Source of the DNA: Candidatus Omnitrophota bacterium
Lineage (GTDB): Bacteria > Omnitrophota > Gorgyraeia > Pluralincolimonadales > Pluralincolimonadaceae
Direction: 5' to 3'
Length of the DNA: 64,000 bases
Assembly (NCBI GenBank): GCA_003141835.1
Contig: PLNR01000006.1
Location: 78,558 to 142,557, forward strand
This document shows, one piece after another, positions 1 to 9,212 of this stretch (position 1 is the stretch's first letter; every line of letters starts with the position of its first letter). Below the pieces are notes generated by a model. That model worked only from the letters and a program-made list of their open reading frames with translations, ran no database searches and had not been told where the DNA came from. The position numbers and the translations under genes are program-made.

Positions 1-1128
1 ACCCGACCACCTGTAAGGAAGGAACCCCTTGTCCGGGTACCAGCCCATGCTCGGCGTGGTGCCGTTGTCCATCATCCACGCCCAATCTACCCTGTCACAG
101 ATCTCCTTCGCGAGGCCTTCTATCTCGGTGTCTTTGTAATATTCCCCGACGAAGACGACGCCGGCCAGGAGGAGGGTCGTATCTATCGAAGAGAGCTCGC
201 AATCGCCCCAGCGCAGGCCTGTCTTCATGTCCAGGAAATGGTAATAGAAGCCGTGGACGCATTCAGCCCTGTCCCTGAAGAATTTAAGCGTCGTGATTAT
301 CCTCTCCTTGACCTTATCCTCGGGTATCCATCCGCGCTTCGCGGCAACGCACAGCGCCGGCAGTCCGAACCCGACCGAGGCGATGCTCGCCATAGGCGAA
401 TTATCCTTGAGGAGGGTATTGCAGGTGTCCTTGATAAGCCCGTTCTCGGGATTCGCCTCCTCCCAGAAGAACATGCATGCCGAATGTTCGATGAGGTCAA
501 GGAACTGGTCGTCGGTCATCGTAGACAGCTTAGGAGCCTCCCACCTGACGGGTTGCGGCTTGATGACACCGGTCCTTTCGCCCGACAGGGTAAGCCCGTC
601 CAAATAGATCACGCCGGTGAACGGCTGTCCGTAATCGTTATGGAAAGTGATCGAAAAATTATCCATATTATACCAGTCGTATATCGATTTGAAATCCGCC
701 AGCGGGACCGTGACTTTCTGCCATTCCGTAGTCACGCCTGCCGGGAGGTATGTCTTTATATCCAGCTTTTCCTCGAACGACGAGCCGTCTTTCATCCCTA
801 CTTTAAATACTTCTCCGCCCTTCTCGCCCTTCACCCAGAAAACGACGATCCCGTATTTGCTCAGGTCCTTTCCGACCAGGCCGAACCAAAAACCCGATTC
901 CTGTTTCTCTCCGCTTACGTTATATTTCAGCTGGCATACCTTCGCGCCTTCGGTGCGGGCGCCTTGCGAGGTATAGGACTGCTTCGCTGTCCCCTTATTC
1001 TCCCATGCCCCCTGCATCGCGCTCGGGATAAGCAAATCCCCGCCGGAACTCTCCTGCGCGCGGGCGATCCCGTTAAATGACAGGACCAGCACCGTTGTCC
1101 ACGCCAACACCCTCATCGCCGTCAGCAT
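1..1128 (-). CDS. Secreted glycosidase-like protein (partial; runs off the left edge): N-terminal signal peptide, CBM-like beta-sandwich domain, then an (alpha/alpha)-barrel-like domain
   Basis: Reverse-strand translation from the ATG at 1128 gives MLTAMRVLAWTTVLVLSFNGIARA (signal peptide), then FWFGLVGKDLSKYGIVVFWVKGEKGG...IYLDGLTLSG. This beta-sandwich segment resembles the C-terminal domain of the 18855..20084 protein. It is followed by ...WGDCELSSIDTTLLLAGVVFVGEYY...WYPDKGF. A GGAGG Shine-Dalgarno overlaps the stop codon of the upstream gene. The ORF is missing from the supplied track because it is truncated by the window edge. Confidence 0.6.
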   Translation of the reverse strand, partial: MLTAMRVLAWTTVLVLSFNGIARAQESSGGDLLIPSAMQGAWENKGTAKQSYTSQGARTEGAKVCQLKYNVSGEKQESGFWFGLVGKDLSKYGIVVFWVKGEKGGEVFKVGMKDGSSFEEKLDIKTYLPAGVTTEWQKVTVPLADFKSIYDWYNMDNFSITFHNDYGQPFTGVIYLDGLTLSGERTGVIKPQPVRWEAPKLSTMTDDQFLDLIEHSACMFFWEEANPENGLIKDTCNTLLKDNSPMASIASVGFGLPALCVAAKRGWIPEDKVKERIITTLKFFRDRAECVHGFYYHFLDMKTGLRWGDCELSSIDTTLLLAGVVFVGEYYKDTEIEGLAKEICDRVDWAWMMDNGTTPSMGWYPDKGFLPYRWSG

Positions 1129-1137
1129 CACTGCCTC

Positions 1138-2049
1138 CTATTTTGTTCCCCACAAATATGCGAAAGTGAAAAGTATCCCGAAAGAGAGATGTATCGCTAT
1201 CGTAAGAGCGTTTGCCGGCAACAGCTCTTTTATCTTGTCGAAATACATATCGACAATCTTTATCGCTTTTATAGCGACAGGCAATGTCACAAATGTTATT
1301 ACCGCTGTGAACGGGAAGATCCTGGCGGCTATGCCGGCCAGGACTATGACATACACCGATATTAAAAAGAACTTGTAATATCCGACCGCCTTCGCCTTCC
1401 CTACCATGACTACGGTATTGTTCTTGCGCGTCGCCTTATCCGCCTCGTAATCCGGGAATTGGTTTATGAATTGTACGAGCGAGATTAGTATAGCGATGGG
1501 GATAGAGGCGAAAAACGCCTCCCACGAAAGCTTCTTCGCCTGGACATAATATGCGCCCAGTACCATAAGCGTCCCGAACCCGAAACCCGTCGTCACCTCG
1601 GATAGCCGCGTATAGCCTATCTTCAGAGGGTCGGCGTTATAAAAATACGCGATAAATACTCCCACGATACCGATCAGCAGGATCGTATACCCTCTGCAAA
1701 TGTAATTGAGATAAAGGCCGATCGCGCTTCCCGCCGCGAAGCAGATAAATCCCGCCACTTGCACCTGCCGGGGCTTGAGCGTTCCTTCGCGCAAGAACCT
1801 GACTCCGCCGCTAAAAGGCGTGGGTGTCTTGTTGATGACATCGTTTCCCGTCTTGAAATCGTAATAAGCGTTGGTGAAATTGAGGCCGCCGTGTATGAAT
1901 ATGCCGCCTATCAAGGTAAGCCAGAAGAGCCCCCAATCAAAAACCCCCGTATCGTGGCGTGCGACCGCCGCACCCAACGCGATGGGGATTATAGCCGCCG
2001 TAAAGAATTGCGGCCTGACCGCTGTTATCCAAAGGAGTATCCTGTTCAT
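1138..2049 (-). CDS. UbiA-family aromatic prenyltransferase (MenA/UbiA-like)
   Basis: 303 aa, polytopic membrane protein. Carries the UbiA-type Asp-rich region NAYYDFKTGND and a second Asp motif FPDYEADK. Its start overlaps the stop of the upstream adenosyltransferase gene (ATGA). Confidence 0.75.
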   Translation of the reverse strand: MNRILLWITAVRPQFFTAAIIPIALGAAVARHDTGVFDWGLFWLTLIGGIFIHGGLNFTNAYYDFKTGNDVINKTPTPFSGGVRFLREGTLKPRQVQVAGFICFAAGSAIGLYLNYICRGYTILLIGIVGVFIAYFYNADPLKIGYTRLSEVTTGFGFGTLMVLGAYYVQAKKLSWEAFFASIPIAILISLVQFINQFPDYEADKATRKNNTVVMVGKAKAVGYYKFFLISVYVIVLAGIAARIFPFTAVITFVTLPVAIKAIKIVDMYFDKIKELLPANALTIAIHLSFGILFTFAYLWGTK

Positions 2050-2573
2050 ATTTTAAGCGGGTCGGAGGTTCTTTCCTCTCGGACGGCAAGGACGAATAAA
2101 AAGTCTGAAAGCCTGTTAAGGTAGGCCAGTATACAGGGATCTACCTTGGCCTTGCGGCCAAGTTCGACAACACAGCATTCGGCCCTGCGGGCGACCGTCC
2201 TTGCTACATGCAGGACCGCCGAACTCTCATTGACCCCCGGAACAATAAACCCCGAAGGCATATGGACGCGGCCTTCCATCAGGTCTCCGAACTGTTCGAG
2301 CATCTTCACGTCGCAATTTTTCACCGGGGGGATGGCGGCCTTCCTGCCGCCGGACGAGATGCATCCTATCACTTTGAAAAGATCCCTCTGTATGAGCGCG
2401 ATCTTCTTTTTCACGGAGCGGTCTTTTATCTTCGCCTTCGCGAGCCCGAGGAAAGAGATCAACTCGTCTATCGCGCCCTGTGCTTTTATGCACGGGTCGC
2501 ATTTGGAAACGGCCTTCCCGCCGCAGAGACGTGTCCTGCCGCCGTCGCCTGACCTTGTCGTGATACGCATCAC
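2046..2573 (-). CDS. ATP:cob(I)alamin adenosyltransferase, PduO/MMAB type
   Basis: 175 aa. N-terminus MMRITTRSGDGGRTRL matches the conserved RIYTRTGDxGxT opening of PduO-type adenosyltransferases. An ATGA overlap couples it to the neighbouring genes. Confidence 0.85.
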   Translation of the reverse strand: MMRITTRSGDGGRTRLCGGKAVSKCDPCIKAQGAIDELISFLGLAKAKIKDRSVKKKIALIQRDLFKVIGCISSGGRKAAIPPVKNCDVKMLEQFGDLMEGRVHMPSGFIVPGVNESSAVLHVARTVARRAECCVVELGRKAKVDPCILAYLNRLSDFLFVLAVREERTSDPLKI

Positions 2574-2980
2574 CTGGCCCCTCGGCTAACTTCAGGGACA
2601 ATCCTGTACCTGGCGGTCACAGTCGTCTTCATGCCCCCGCGCACGCTGAACTCTCCTGTCACTATACACCACTTCGGTTTGCACGATGAGACGACGTCTT
2701 TGAGTATCCTGTTCACCGCGTTCTCGTAGAATATTCCCATGTTCCTGAAGCCGAGGATGTAATATTTCAGGGACTTCAGCTCTATGCATGACCTGCCCGG
2801 CATATATCTTATCGTTATCGTACCAAAATCCGGAAGGCCGGTCTTCGGGCAGACCGAGGTAAACTCGGGTATCTCGATCTTTATATCATAATCTTTGTGA
2901 AAACTCGGAAAGGCCTCGATAGGCGGCAGTCTGTCATTTATGCCCTTGCCGGCATGCTTAGCAGTATATTCTTTCTTCAT
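2570..2980 (-). CDS. queF: NADPH-dependent 7-cyano-7-deazaguanine reductase QueF
   Basis: 136 aa. The signature EFTSVCPKTGLPDFGTI contains the QueF catalytic Cys motif. Size fits the unimodular QueF type. Confidence 0.9.
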   Translation of the reverse strand: MKKEYTAKHAGKGINDRLPPIEAFPSFHKDYDIKIEIPEFTSVCPKTGLPDFGTITIRYMPGRSCIELKSLKYYILGFRNMGIFYENAVNRILKDVVSSCKPKWCIVTGEFSVRGGMKTTVTARYRIVPEVSRGAR

Positions 2981-3007
2981 GAGTTTATTCGCGCTCCCTG
3001 GGATGTT

Positions 3008-3991
3008 TTACTGGCTCGACAGAAAAAACCCGGAAACCCTGAAATATATAAGAAGGGTTATGATATCGCACGTGGCCAGGACTATCGGCCCGGATGACAA
3101 CGCCGGGTCTATCTTGAACAGCTTGAACAAAAACGGCAGGCAGGAACCGATGACGCCTGAAAGGATTATCGACATCGACATCGAGATCGCCAGCGCCGCG
3201 CCCAGGTTCGCGTTTGCCTGCCACAGAGTGGCGACCCCGCCTACAAGCAAGCCGCATATAAGCCCTACGATGATCCCGACGGACATCTCCTTCTGGAGCA
3301 GCCACCTGACGTCCTTGAAAGACGCCCTGCCGAGGGCCATGTTCCTTACCACTATCGTTGACGACTGCATCCCGATGCTTTCGGAAAGACCAAGCACTAT
3401 CGGGATAAAAAGCGCCAGCGCTATGACCGACTTCATGTCGCGTTCGAACCATCCGAGGATGAACGCGGACACGAACCCGCTGATTATGCTTATCGCGAGC
3501 CACGGCAACCTCAGCCTGACTATTCGCGGTATTGACCTTGAGGTTATCTCGTCGACGCCGGTACCGACTATCTTGGCGATATCGTCTTCGGCCTCGAGTT
3601 CGGCTATATCTACCATCTCATCGGCCGTTATTATGCCGACGAGTTTCTCTTCGTTGTTGACTACCGGCAGCGCGAGGAACCTGTGCCTTATGAAGTACCT
3701 TACCACCTCTTCCTGGTCCATCTCCGCGTGCACCTTTACCACGTTCTTGATCATTATATCCCTTACGTGTACGCCCGGCGCGTGGCTCAAAAGGTCGCGC
3801 ATCTGGACTACGCCTACAAGATGGCCGCGGGGATCTACCACATATATATAGGAGGGCTTTGATACTTTCTCCAGCGAGGCGGTGCGGAAATGCTTTATAG
3901 TCTCTTCTATCGTGGATTCGCCGGAGACCGCCAGGAACTCATTCTTCATTATAGAGCCCAGCGTCTCGCCTTTTACCCTTCTAATGGTCAT
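3008..3991 (-). CDS. mgtE: Magnesium transporter MgtE
   Basis: 327 aa. A CBS-pair region (VVDPRGHLVGVV...GIITADEMVDI) is followed by the MgtE transmembrane domain with acidic selectivity residues (ISGFVSAF...ESIGMQSS). Confidence 0.88.
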   Translation of the reverse strand: MTIRRVKGETLGSIMKNEFLAVSGESTIEETIKHFRTASLEKVSKPSYIYVVDPRGHLVGVVQMRDLLSHAPGVHVRDIMIKNVVKVHAEMDQEEVVRYFIRHRFLALPVVNNEEKLVGIITADEMVDIAELEAEDDIAKIVGTGVDEITSRSIPRIVRLRLPWLAISIISGFVSAFILGWFERDMKSVIALALFIPIVLGLSESIGMQSSTIVVRNMALGRASFKDVRWLLQKEMSVGIIVGLICGLLVGGVATLWQANANLGAALAISMSMSIILSGVIGSCLPFLFKLFKIDPALSSGPIVLATCDIITLLIYFRVSGFFLSSQ

Positions 3992-4024
3992 CTTCCGTCC
4001 TGATTTTGGGTAATATTATAAAAC

Positions 4025-4060
4025 AAAAAGCCCCCTGATTCAATCATCAAAGGGCTTTCA
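4025..4060 (-). terminator. Rho-independent terminator downstream of the 4086..4442 gene
   Basis: On the minus strand the RNA reads AAAGCCC-(18-nt loop)-GGGGGCUUU, followed by UUGUUUUAUAAU. Confidence 0.55.
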
Positions 4061-4085
4061 GTAGATATCCTGATGAGCCTCCGCG

Positions 4086-4442
4086 CTACTTATGCGCGTT
4101 CGTCCCGGCCTGATAACCGGCTTGATAACCGGACTCATAACCCTTGGTGTAGCCTCTCTCGAACCCGCCCGAATCCGCTGCCGGAGCCGGAGCTACCTGC
4201 TGAGGAGCCGGTTTTTCATCCGGCATAAGCGCATCGGCTATAACGCCCGCCGCTATCCCGGTACCCGCTCCTATGAGCGCGCCCTGACCGGCCTTGCCGC
4301 CTGAAGCGCCTGAAGCTACGGCACCCGTCGCTGCGCCGATCAAACCGGTCTTAATGAGACTGCTGGCGCCGTCAGCAAATACCGGAGCTGAGACAGATAA
4401 CATAAGGGCAATTACCACTACAAATATTACCGCTATACGCAT
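4086..4442 (-). CDS. Small secreted/membrane Gly-rich protein (glycine-zipper type)
   Basis: 118 aa. Signal peptide MRIAVIFVVVIALMLSVSAPVFA, then GxxxG-rich LIGAATGAVASGASGGKAGQGALIGAGTGIAAGVIA and a Gly/Tyr-rich tail. A strong Shine-Dalgarno AAGGAGGGG precedes the ATG. Confidence 0.55.
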   Translation of the reverse strand: MRIAVIFVVVIALMLSVSAPVFADGASSLIKTGLIGAATGAVASGASGGKAGQGALIGAGTGIAAGVIADALMPDEKPAPQQVAPAPAADSGGFERGYTKGYESGYQAGYQAGTNAHK

Positions 4443-4465
4443 CTCTTCCCCTCCTTATTGGTTAA

Positions 4466-4474
4466 ATTATACCA
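4466..4474 (-). promoter_or_regulatory. Extended -10 promoter element (TGgTATAAT) for the 4086..4442 gene
   Basis: On the minus strand TGGTATAAT lies about 24 nt upstream of the ATG at 4442, with an AAGGAGGGG Shine-Dalgarno in between. No good -35 is present, which is compatible with an extended -10 promoter. Confidence 0.4.
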
Positions 4475-4498
4475 CAGAAAGCCAAAATGTCTATACCC

Positions 4499-5128
4499 TT
4501 ACCTTACCTTCTCGGCGAGGGCCCTGTAGTTCTCCTTCGGATCGCCTTTCCCGAATATCCCGCTCCCGACGCAAGCGAGGTCGACGCCCGCCTCCTTTAT
4601 CATCAGGATATTTTCCGTTTTCAAGCCGCCGTCCATCGCGATTATAGGCCTGCCGCTGCGCCCTTTTAACGCGCGCGCCTTATCGCATACCTCCGGGATG
4701 AACTTGCTGCCGTAAAAACCCGGGTTCACGGAAAGGAAAAGCAAGACATCAATATCCTTGAAATATCCCTCGACTTTCGACACGGGTGTCTCCGGGTTTA
4801 TCGCGATGCCCGCTTCCATGCCGAGCGCGCGGATCTTCGGGATGAGCCCGGCCGGGTCCTCTTTGGATTCATAGTGGAAGATGATCCTTCCCGCGCCGGC
4901 CCTTTTGAAGGGTTCGAGGTATTTGCCCGGCTCCTCGACCATGAGGTGTATCTCAAGTTTCAGCCCCGTCTTGACCTTCGCCAGGTCCCCGGCAGATATG
5001 CTCTTCGACGGGACGAATTTCCCGTCCATTATGTCTACTTGGACCAGGTCGCAGAAACCTCCGGATTGGGCGATCATCCTTTCCAATTCGCCGGGTTTGT
5101 CGGTCAGCAATGCCGGTACTATCCTCAT
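4499..5128 (-). CDS. rpe: Ribulose-phosphate 3-epimerase
   Basis: 209 aa. Motifs LVQVDIMDGKFVP and LLFLSVNPGFYGSKF are diagnostic of RPE. Confidence 0.9.
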   Translation of the reverse strand: MRIVPALLTDKPGELERMIAQSGGFCDLVQVDIMDGKFVPSKSISAGDLAKVKTGLKLEIHLMVEEPGKYLEPFKRAGAGRIIFHYESKEDPAGLIPKIRALGMEAGIAINPETPVSKVEGYFKDIDVLLFLSVNPGFYGSKFIPEVCDKARALKGRSGRPIIAMDGGLKTENILMIKEAGVDLACVGSGIFGKGDPKENYRALAEKVR

Positions 5129-5709
5129 CAGGTCGCTCCTTTGTTTATATAATCGAGTAAGAATTCCGCGAGATTATTTGAGGCGAGATCGACGTCCCTC
5201 TTGAGGCGCAGCAGCCTCGGCAGCCACAAGAGCTGCAGGAAAGACCTCGGCAGCTCATCCAACAGCGTGTCGCTTACCGCCTTCATGGCAATAAAGGGTA
5301 TACCATGTTTTTTTGCCACCGATAAGACCGCCCCTGATTCCATGTCAACGATGATGGCTCCTTCCCTTTCTGCTGCGGCCGTCTTCTCCTCACAAGTAAA
5401 TAACGGACGCGGGGAGCAGAACAACTTACGGTCTTCCGGGTCGGATACCACCACGTCACCGATCTTAAGGTCCCTGGAAAGCGCGCCGCAAAACCCGGCC
5501 GAGATTATCAGGTCGGGCTTGAAATCCCTTATGATATCCTCAGCCGTCACCCCGGCCTTGTCCGCGCCCATGCCGCTCCTCGCCAGTATCACATATCCGT
5601 CCGCCGCCTCTATCACGGGCCGCATCGACCTGAAAAGATCGATCCCCAAACGGCGCGCCAGGGGCCTGAGTTCCCAGTAAAACGCGAAGATAACGGCGAT
5701 CTTTTTCAT
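5128..5709 (-). CDS. PNP/MTA-nucleosidase-family protein; HpnG-like (adenosylhopane nucleosidase) candidate
   Basis: 193 aa. The IIVDMESGAV motif is typical of MTA/SAH-nucleosidase-type phosphorylases. It sits in the same operon as shc, hpnH, an hpnA-like gene and ispH, and its start overlaps the ispH stop. Confidence 0.65.
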   Translation of the reverse strand: MKKIAVIFAFYWELRPLARRLGIDLFRSMRPVIEAADGYVILARSGMGADKAGVTAEDIIRDFKPDLIISAGFCGALSRDLKIGDVVVSDPEDRKLFCSPRPLFTCEEKTAAAEREGAIIVDMESGAVLSVAKKHGIPFIAMKAVSDTLLDELPRSFLQLLWLPRLLRLKRDVDLASNNLAEFLLDYINKGAT

Positions 5710-6548
5710 TTCCGGCTGATATTCTTAAGTTTATTTTTGACTTCCTCTATCAGGACGTCGGGCGTCGACGCGCCCCCGATTATGCCCACGGACTTCACGC
5801 CTTTTAACGCGGAAGGCTTCAGGTACTTCGCGCTCTCTATCTGGATAGTGTTCTTGTTGTAATTATGGCAGAGTTTCTTGAGCTTCAGGGTGTTCGAACT
5901 GTGATGGCTTCCGACAACTATCATGAGGTCGACCTTTTGGGCAAGCTTTACTGCGTCTTCCTGCCTCTTCCTTATGTCGGCGCATATGGTGTTGATTATC
6001 TTTATTTCATGCGCTACCCTCATCACCTCGGCGACGACGTCCCTGCAGAGCTCCACCGAATGGGTAGTCTGGAAGATAAGCCCGACCTTGTATTTCAGTT
6101 TCGCCTGGTCCACCTCTTTATGGGTGGCTACCACGAGCGCCTTGGCGCTCAGGTGGCCCAGTATCCCTTTTATCTCGGCGTGGTCTTTATCCCCCACTAT
6201 CAGGACCTGGTAGCCTTCCTCTTCCAATTTCTTCGCCGCGATCTGCGCCTGCCTGACGATGGGACACGTGGCGTCGACTATCTCTATCTTCTTCGCCGCG
6301 ACCTTAGCCCTCTCGTCGGGAGATATCCCGTGCGCGCGAATGATAAGTATACCGTCTTTTTTTACGTCATTTATGCTCTTCGTTTCCCTCAAACCCCTTT
6401 CGGAAAGTTTGCGGGTTATGGCGTCGTTATGCACGAGCTCGCCGGTTATGTAGGCCGGCACGCCTTTCGAAAGCGCTTCTTCGGTCAGCTTGACCGCGCG
6501 GTTCACGCCGAAACAGCATCCTATCTTCTTGGGTGTCAATATCCTCAT
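5706..6548 (-). CDS. ispH: 4-hydroxy-3-methylbut-2-enyl diphosphate reductase IspH/LytB
   Basis: The conserved N-terminus MRILTPKKIGCCFGVNRAV carries the first Fe-S Cys. Further Cys lie in DATCP and NTICAD. The track start at 6704 would overlap the upstream gene. The ATG at 6548 gives an ATGA overlap with the hpnA-like stop. Confidence 0.9.
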   Translation of the reverse strand: MRILTPKKIGCCFGVNRAVKLTEEALSKGVPAYITGELVHNDAITRKLSERGLRETKSINDVKKDGILIIRAHGISPDERAKVAAKKIEIVDATCPIVRQAQIAAKKLEEEGYQVLIVGDKDHAEIKGILGHLSAKALVVATHKEVDQAKLKYKVGLIFQTTHSVELCRDVVAEVMRVAHEIKIINTICADIRKRQEDAVKLAQKVDLMIVVGSHHSSNTLKLKKLCHNYNKNTIQIESAKYLKPSALKGVKSVGIIGGASTPDVLIEEVKNKLKNISRK

Positions 6549-7561
6549 TTCTTTTCTCCCTGTTTCACGTAACCTTTCGAGCGGAACCAATCCACTGATT
6601 TTCGGAAGGCGTTCCCGATGTCGCCCTGCGGGAGCCCGAGTTCCTTTACCGCCTTTGAGCAGTCGAACGCGAACGGCTTGCCGCCAAGCCTCAAGCCCTC
6701 CCACGGGATCAACGGCTCTTTATGCGTAATATACTGGCATACCTTCTGCGACACAAAACCAAGCGGCAAAAAAAGCGCCGGGGGGAATTTCATCGCAGGC
6801 TTCGGCTTGCCTGACGCCTTGCTTAAGATATCAAACACTTCATCGAGTGTCAGGTTATCGGCTCCGAAGATATAGCGTTCCCCGGTCTTTCCCTTCTCTG
6901 CCGCGAGCAGGTGTCCGGCGGCGACATCCTCCACATCGATATAATTTATGACGGTATCTATATAACCCGGGAGCCTGCCGTTCAGATAATCGAGTATCAT
7001 CTTCCCTGGCGGGGTCAGGTTATAATCCCCTTCGCCCACAGGCGTAGTCAGGCTGACGGTGACGATCGGCAGCCCTGCCTTGACATATTTAACCGCCTCC
7101 TGGTAAGCCAGCCATTTTGAGCGGGCGTAGTGGCCCGGCATATTCTCCAAACCCAGGACCGCTCCTTCGTCTGACGGTTTCTTTTTCGTGCCCCCTTTTA
7201 AAATGGCCGCCGTGCTGGTAAAGATGACCTTATCGACCCCTTCTTCGAGCGCGGCCTGGAATAAATTCTTCGTCCCTGTCCAGTTGATATCATAGACTTC
7301 CTTGGGATTCGCATACCAGAGATGGACATAAGAGGCGAGGTGGTATACTGTCTTTACCCCGGCAAGTGCTTTTTTGAGCGAATCCTGGTCGCGCAGGTCG
7401 CCGTAGGCGAACTCGACATCGCATTTCAGTTTCTCCTCCCCGATGAGGTTAACGAGATTGGAATTCTTGCGCACGAGGCAGCGGACCCGGTCCCCTCTTT
7501 TGTCCAATAACCTCACTACGTGCGAACCCACGAACCCGTTCGAACCGGTGACGAGTATCAT
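6545..7561 (-). CDS. NAD-dependent epimerase/dehydratase, HpnA-like (hopanoid-associated sugar epimerase family)
   Basis: 338 aa. Rossmann motif MILVTGSNGFVGSHVV and catalytic YARSK (YxxxK). Operon context with shc, hpnH and ispH. Confidence 0.75.
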   Translation of the reverse strand: MILVTGSNGFVGSHVVRLLDKRGDRVRCLVRKNSNLVNLIGEEKLKCDVEFAYGDLRDQDSLKKALAGVKTVYHLASYVHLWYANPKEVYDINWTGTKNLFQAALEEGVDKVIFTSTAAILKGGTKKKPSDEGAVLGLENMPGHYARSKWLAYQEAVKYVKAGLPIVTVSLTTPVGEGDYNLTPPGKMILDYLNGRLPGYIDTVINYIDVEDVAAGHLLAAEKGKTGERYIFGADNLTLDEVFDILSKASGKPKPAMKFPPALFLPLGFVSQKVCQYITHKEPLIPWEGLRLGGKPFAFDCSKAVKELGLPQGDIGNAFRKSVDWFRSKGYVKQGEKK

Positions 7562-8535
7562 CTTTTAGTCTCCTGTTTAGGCGGCATCCAATATATGAAT
7601 AACCCGAAACCCGCCCAAGAAAGTTCCCGTATCCTCTTTATTATGCTGAGCGCGACCCCCATCTCCCCTCCTATGCCGAGGGCCGCCAGCGCCGCGTAAC
7701 CCGCGCCTTCCTGGACGCCTATCGCCGCCGGAACGAAGAAGAAAGCCGAATTAGCCGTCTTCATGAAAACTTCTATCACGAACGCTTTTACCCAATCGAC
7801 CGGGACGCCCAAGAAATATAATATTATATAGACCTCTATCGCTCCCGCGGCCCACCCAAGCAGGTGGAACGCGAAAGAACCGCAAAACCGCAGCCGCTCC
7901 TTAAGGTAAAAATCCCCTATTGTCCTGTCTATCTCTTCGATGCGGTCCTGCTTATCCTCAAAGGTCCCGCTTAATTTAAACCTGCGCGCGAACCGCAGTC
8001 CCACCATGAACAGCCCCTTCCTCTGGAGCAGGAGGAAGACTACAAATAACCCTAGGACGCCTATGAACGTCCAAAGTATCCCGGCGGCGACAACGCTTTC
8101 AAGCCGCAAAAATTTCAAGGCCAGCACGACGCCTATGAGCAGGAACGCGATCTTGCTCAGGAAGAGCGTGGTCTTGGCGATCACGACGCTGGCAAGCCCG
8201 TCGACCATATCGACGCCGTAGCGCCTGTTCAGAAGGATCGCCTTGACCGGTTCCCCTCCGATATACGCCGACGGGGTCGTGTAGTTAAGCGCTTCACCCG
8301 CCTGGCGCACCAGGAAAAACCTCCAAAGGCCCGGTAGTTTCACTCCTCTCCTGAATGACAGCCGCCAGCCCATCGTGTCGAAAAAATATATTACGAGATA
8401 AGCGAATATCACGGCCAATATGCGCCAATTTAGCGATACTACCTGGCTCCATATAAGCGCAGGGCCGGACCTCGCGATTATCCAGGCGAAAAGCGATACC
8501 GCGACGATAAATATTATTTTTTTAAATAAGCTCAT
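7558..8535 (-). CDS. UPF0104/flippase-like membrane protein (HpnL-like; lysyl-PG synthase C-terminal domain-like)
   Basis: 325 aa, about 8 predicted TM helices. It has the UPF0104 architecture usually found next to lipid glycosyl/phosphotransferases. It sits between the hpnA-like gene and a CDP-alcohol phosphatidyltransferase. Confidence 0.6.
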   Translation of the reverse strand: MSLFKKIIFIVAVSLFAWIIARSGPALIWSQVVSLNWRILAVIFAYLVIYFFDTMGWRLSFRRGVKLPGLWRFFLVRQAGEALNYTTPSAYIGGEPVKAILLNRRYGVDMVDGLASVVIAKTTLFLSKIAFLLIGVVLALKFLRLESVVAAGILWTFIGVLGLFVVFLLLQRKGLFMVGLRFARRFKLSGTFEDKQDRIEEIDRTIGDFYLKERLRFCGSFAFHLLGWAAGAIEVYIILYFLGVPVDWVKAFVIEVFMKTANSAFFFVPAAIGVQEGAGYAALAALGIGGEMGVALSIIKRIRELSWAGFGLFIYWMPPKQETKR

Positions 8536-9179
8536 TACTGCCGGCCTGTCAAATATTTGAAGTTCACAGCCAAAAGGACGATGCAGAATATATTGGCGCC
8601 TATCGCTCCCAGCCAGAGGAAAAGTTCCATCCTGTTCAGGACCGCGAAAAGCAGGACCACGAGCGAAAGATCACCGGCGCAAAAGACCTCGATCGCGCGA
8701 TCGGCGGCCGTTATCCTTTTTATCTCCCCCTCCGGCGCTTTCGGCATGCCATGGATGGCCGGGCCGAAGTTCATCGTCTTCTGCAGTATCGCCACAAATG
8801 TCGACAAAAACGTTCCTATGCCCGCCGCGACACCCAGGAATAGCATTATCGGGTCCTGGGTAAGGCGGAAGAGCCCCACGCTGATCCCGACAAAGGTAAG
8901 CGTGTGGATGCAGCAGTCTACCACAGTGTCCATCCAGCTCCCGAACGTCGAAGAGAGCCCCCTCGCCCGCGCCACTTCCCCGTCGCAATTGTCGAGGATA
9001 TAAAACATCTCGAACATGACGGCGCCGGCTATAAAGCCCGCTTTTGTCCCGGCCGAGAAAAAAAGGAACGCCAGGATCCCGGCCAGCCCCCCCAACAGGG
9101 TTATGAAATTAGGGTGCAGTCCGGACCTGATAAAAAAACCCGTGAACGGCGCAGCCAAAACGCGATTTATGCTTCTCAT
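8535..9179 (-). CDS. CDP-alcohol phosphatidyltransferase family protein
   Basis: 214 aa membrane protein. The signature D-x2-DG-x2-AR...G...D-x3-D is present as DNCDGEVARARGLSSTFGSWMDTVVD. Confidence 0.85.
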   Translation of the reverse strand: MRSINRVLAAPFTGFFIRSGLHPNFITLLGGLAGILAFLFFSAGTKAGFIAGAVMFEMFYILDNCDGEVARARGLSSTFGSWMDTVVDCCIHTLTFVGISVGLFRLTQDPIMLFLGVAAGIGTFLSTFVAILQKTMNFGPAIHGMPKAPEGEIKRITAADRAIEVFCAGDLSLVVLLFAVLNRMELFLWLGAIGANIFCIVLLAVNFKYLTGRQ

Positions 9180-9212
9180 CCCCCAACCCTCCCGGTCCCC
9201 GCCTTCCGGCGA

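Noticed and set aside
238-1080. 280-aa plus-strand ORF, and similar long plus-strand ORFs at 12047..13024, 40203..41159, 46373..47146, 47204..47935 and 62925..63776
   Set aside because: They are Arg/Pro-rich, motif-free translations lying antisense to well-supported minus-strand genes (glycosidase-like, PLC-like, cusA, nifS, cysK, phosphorylase-like). They are high-GC antisense shadow ORFs, not genes.
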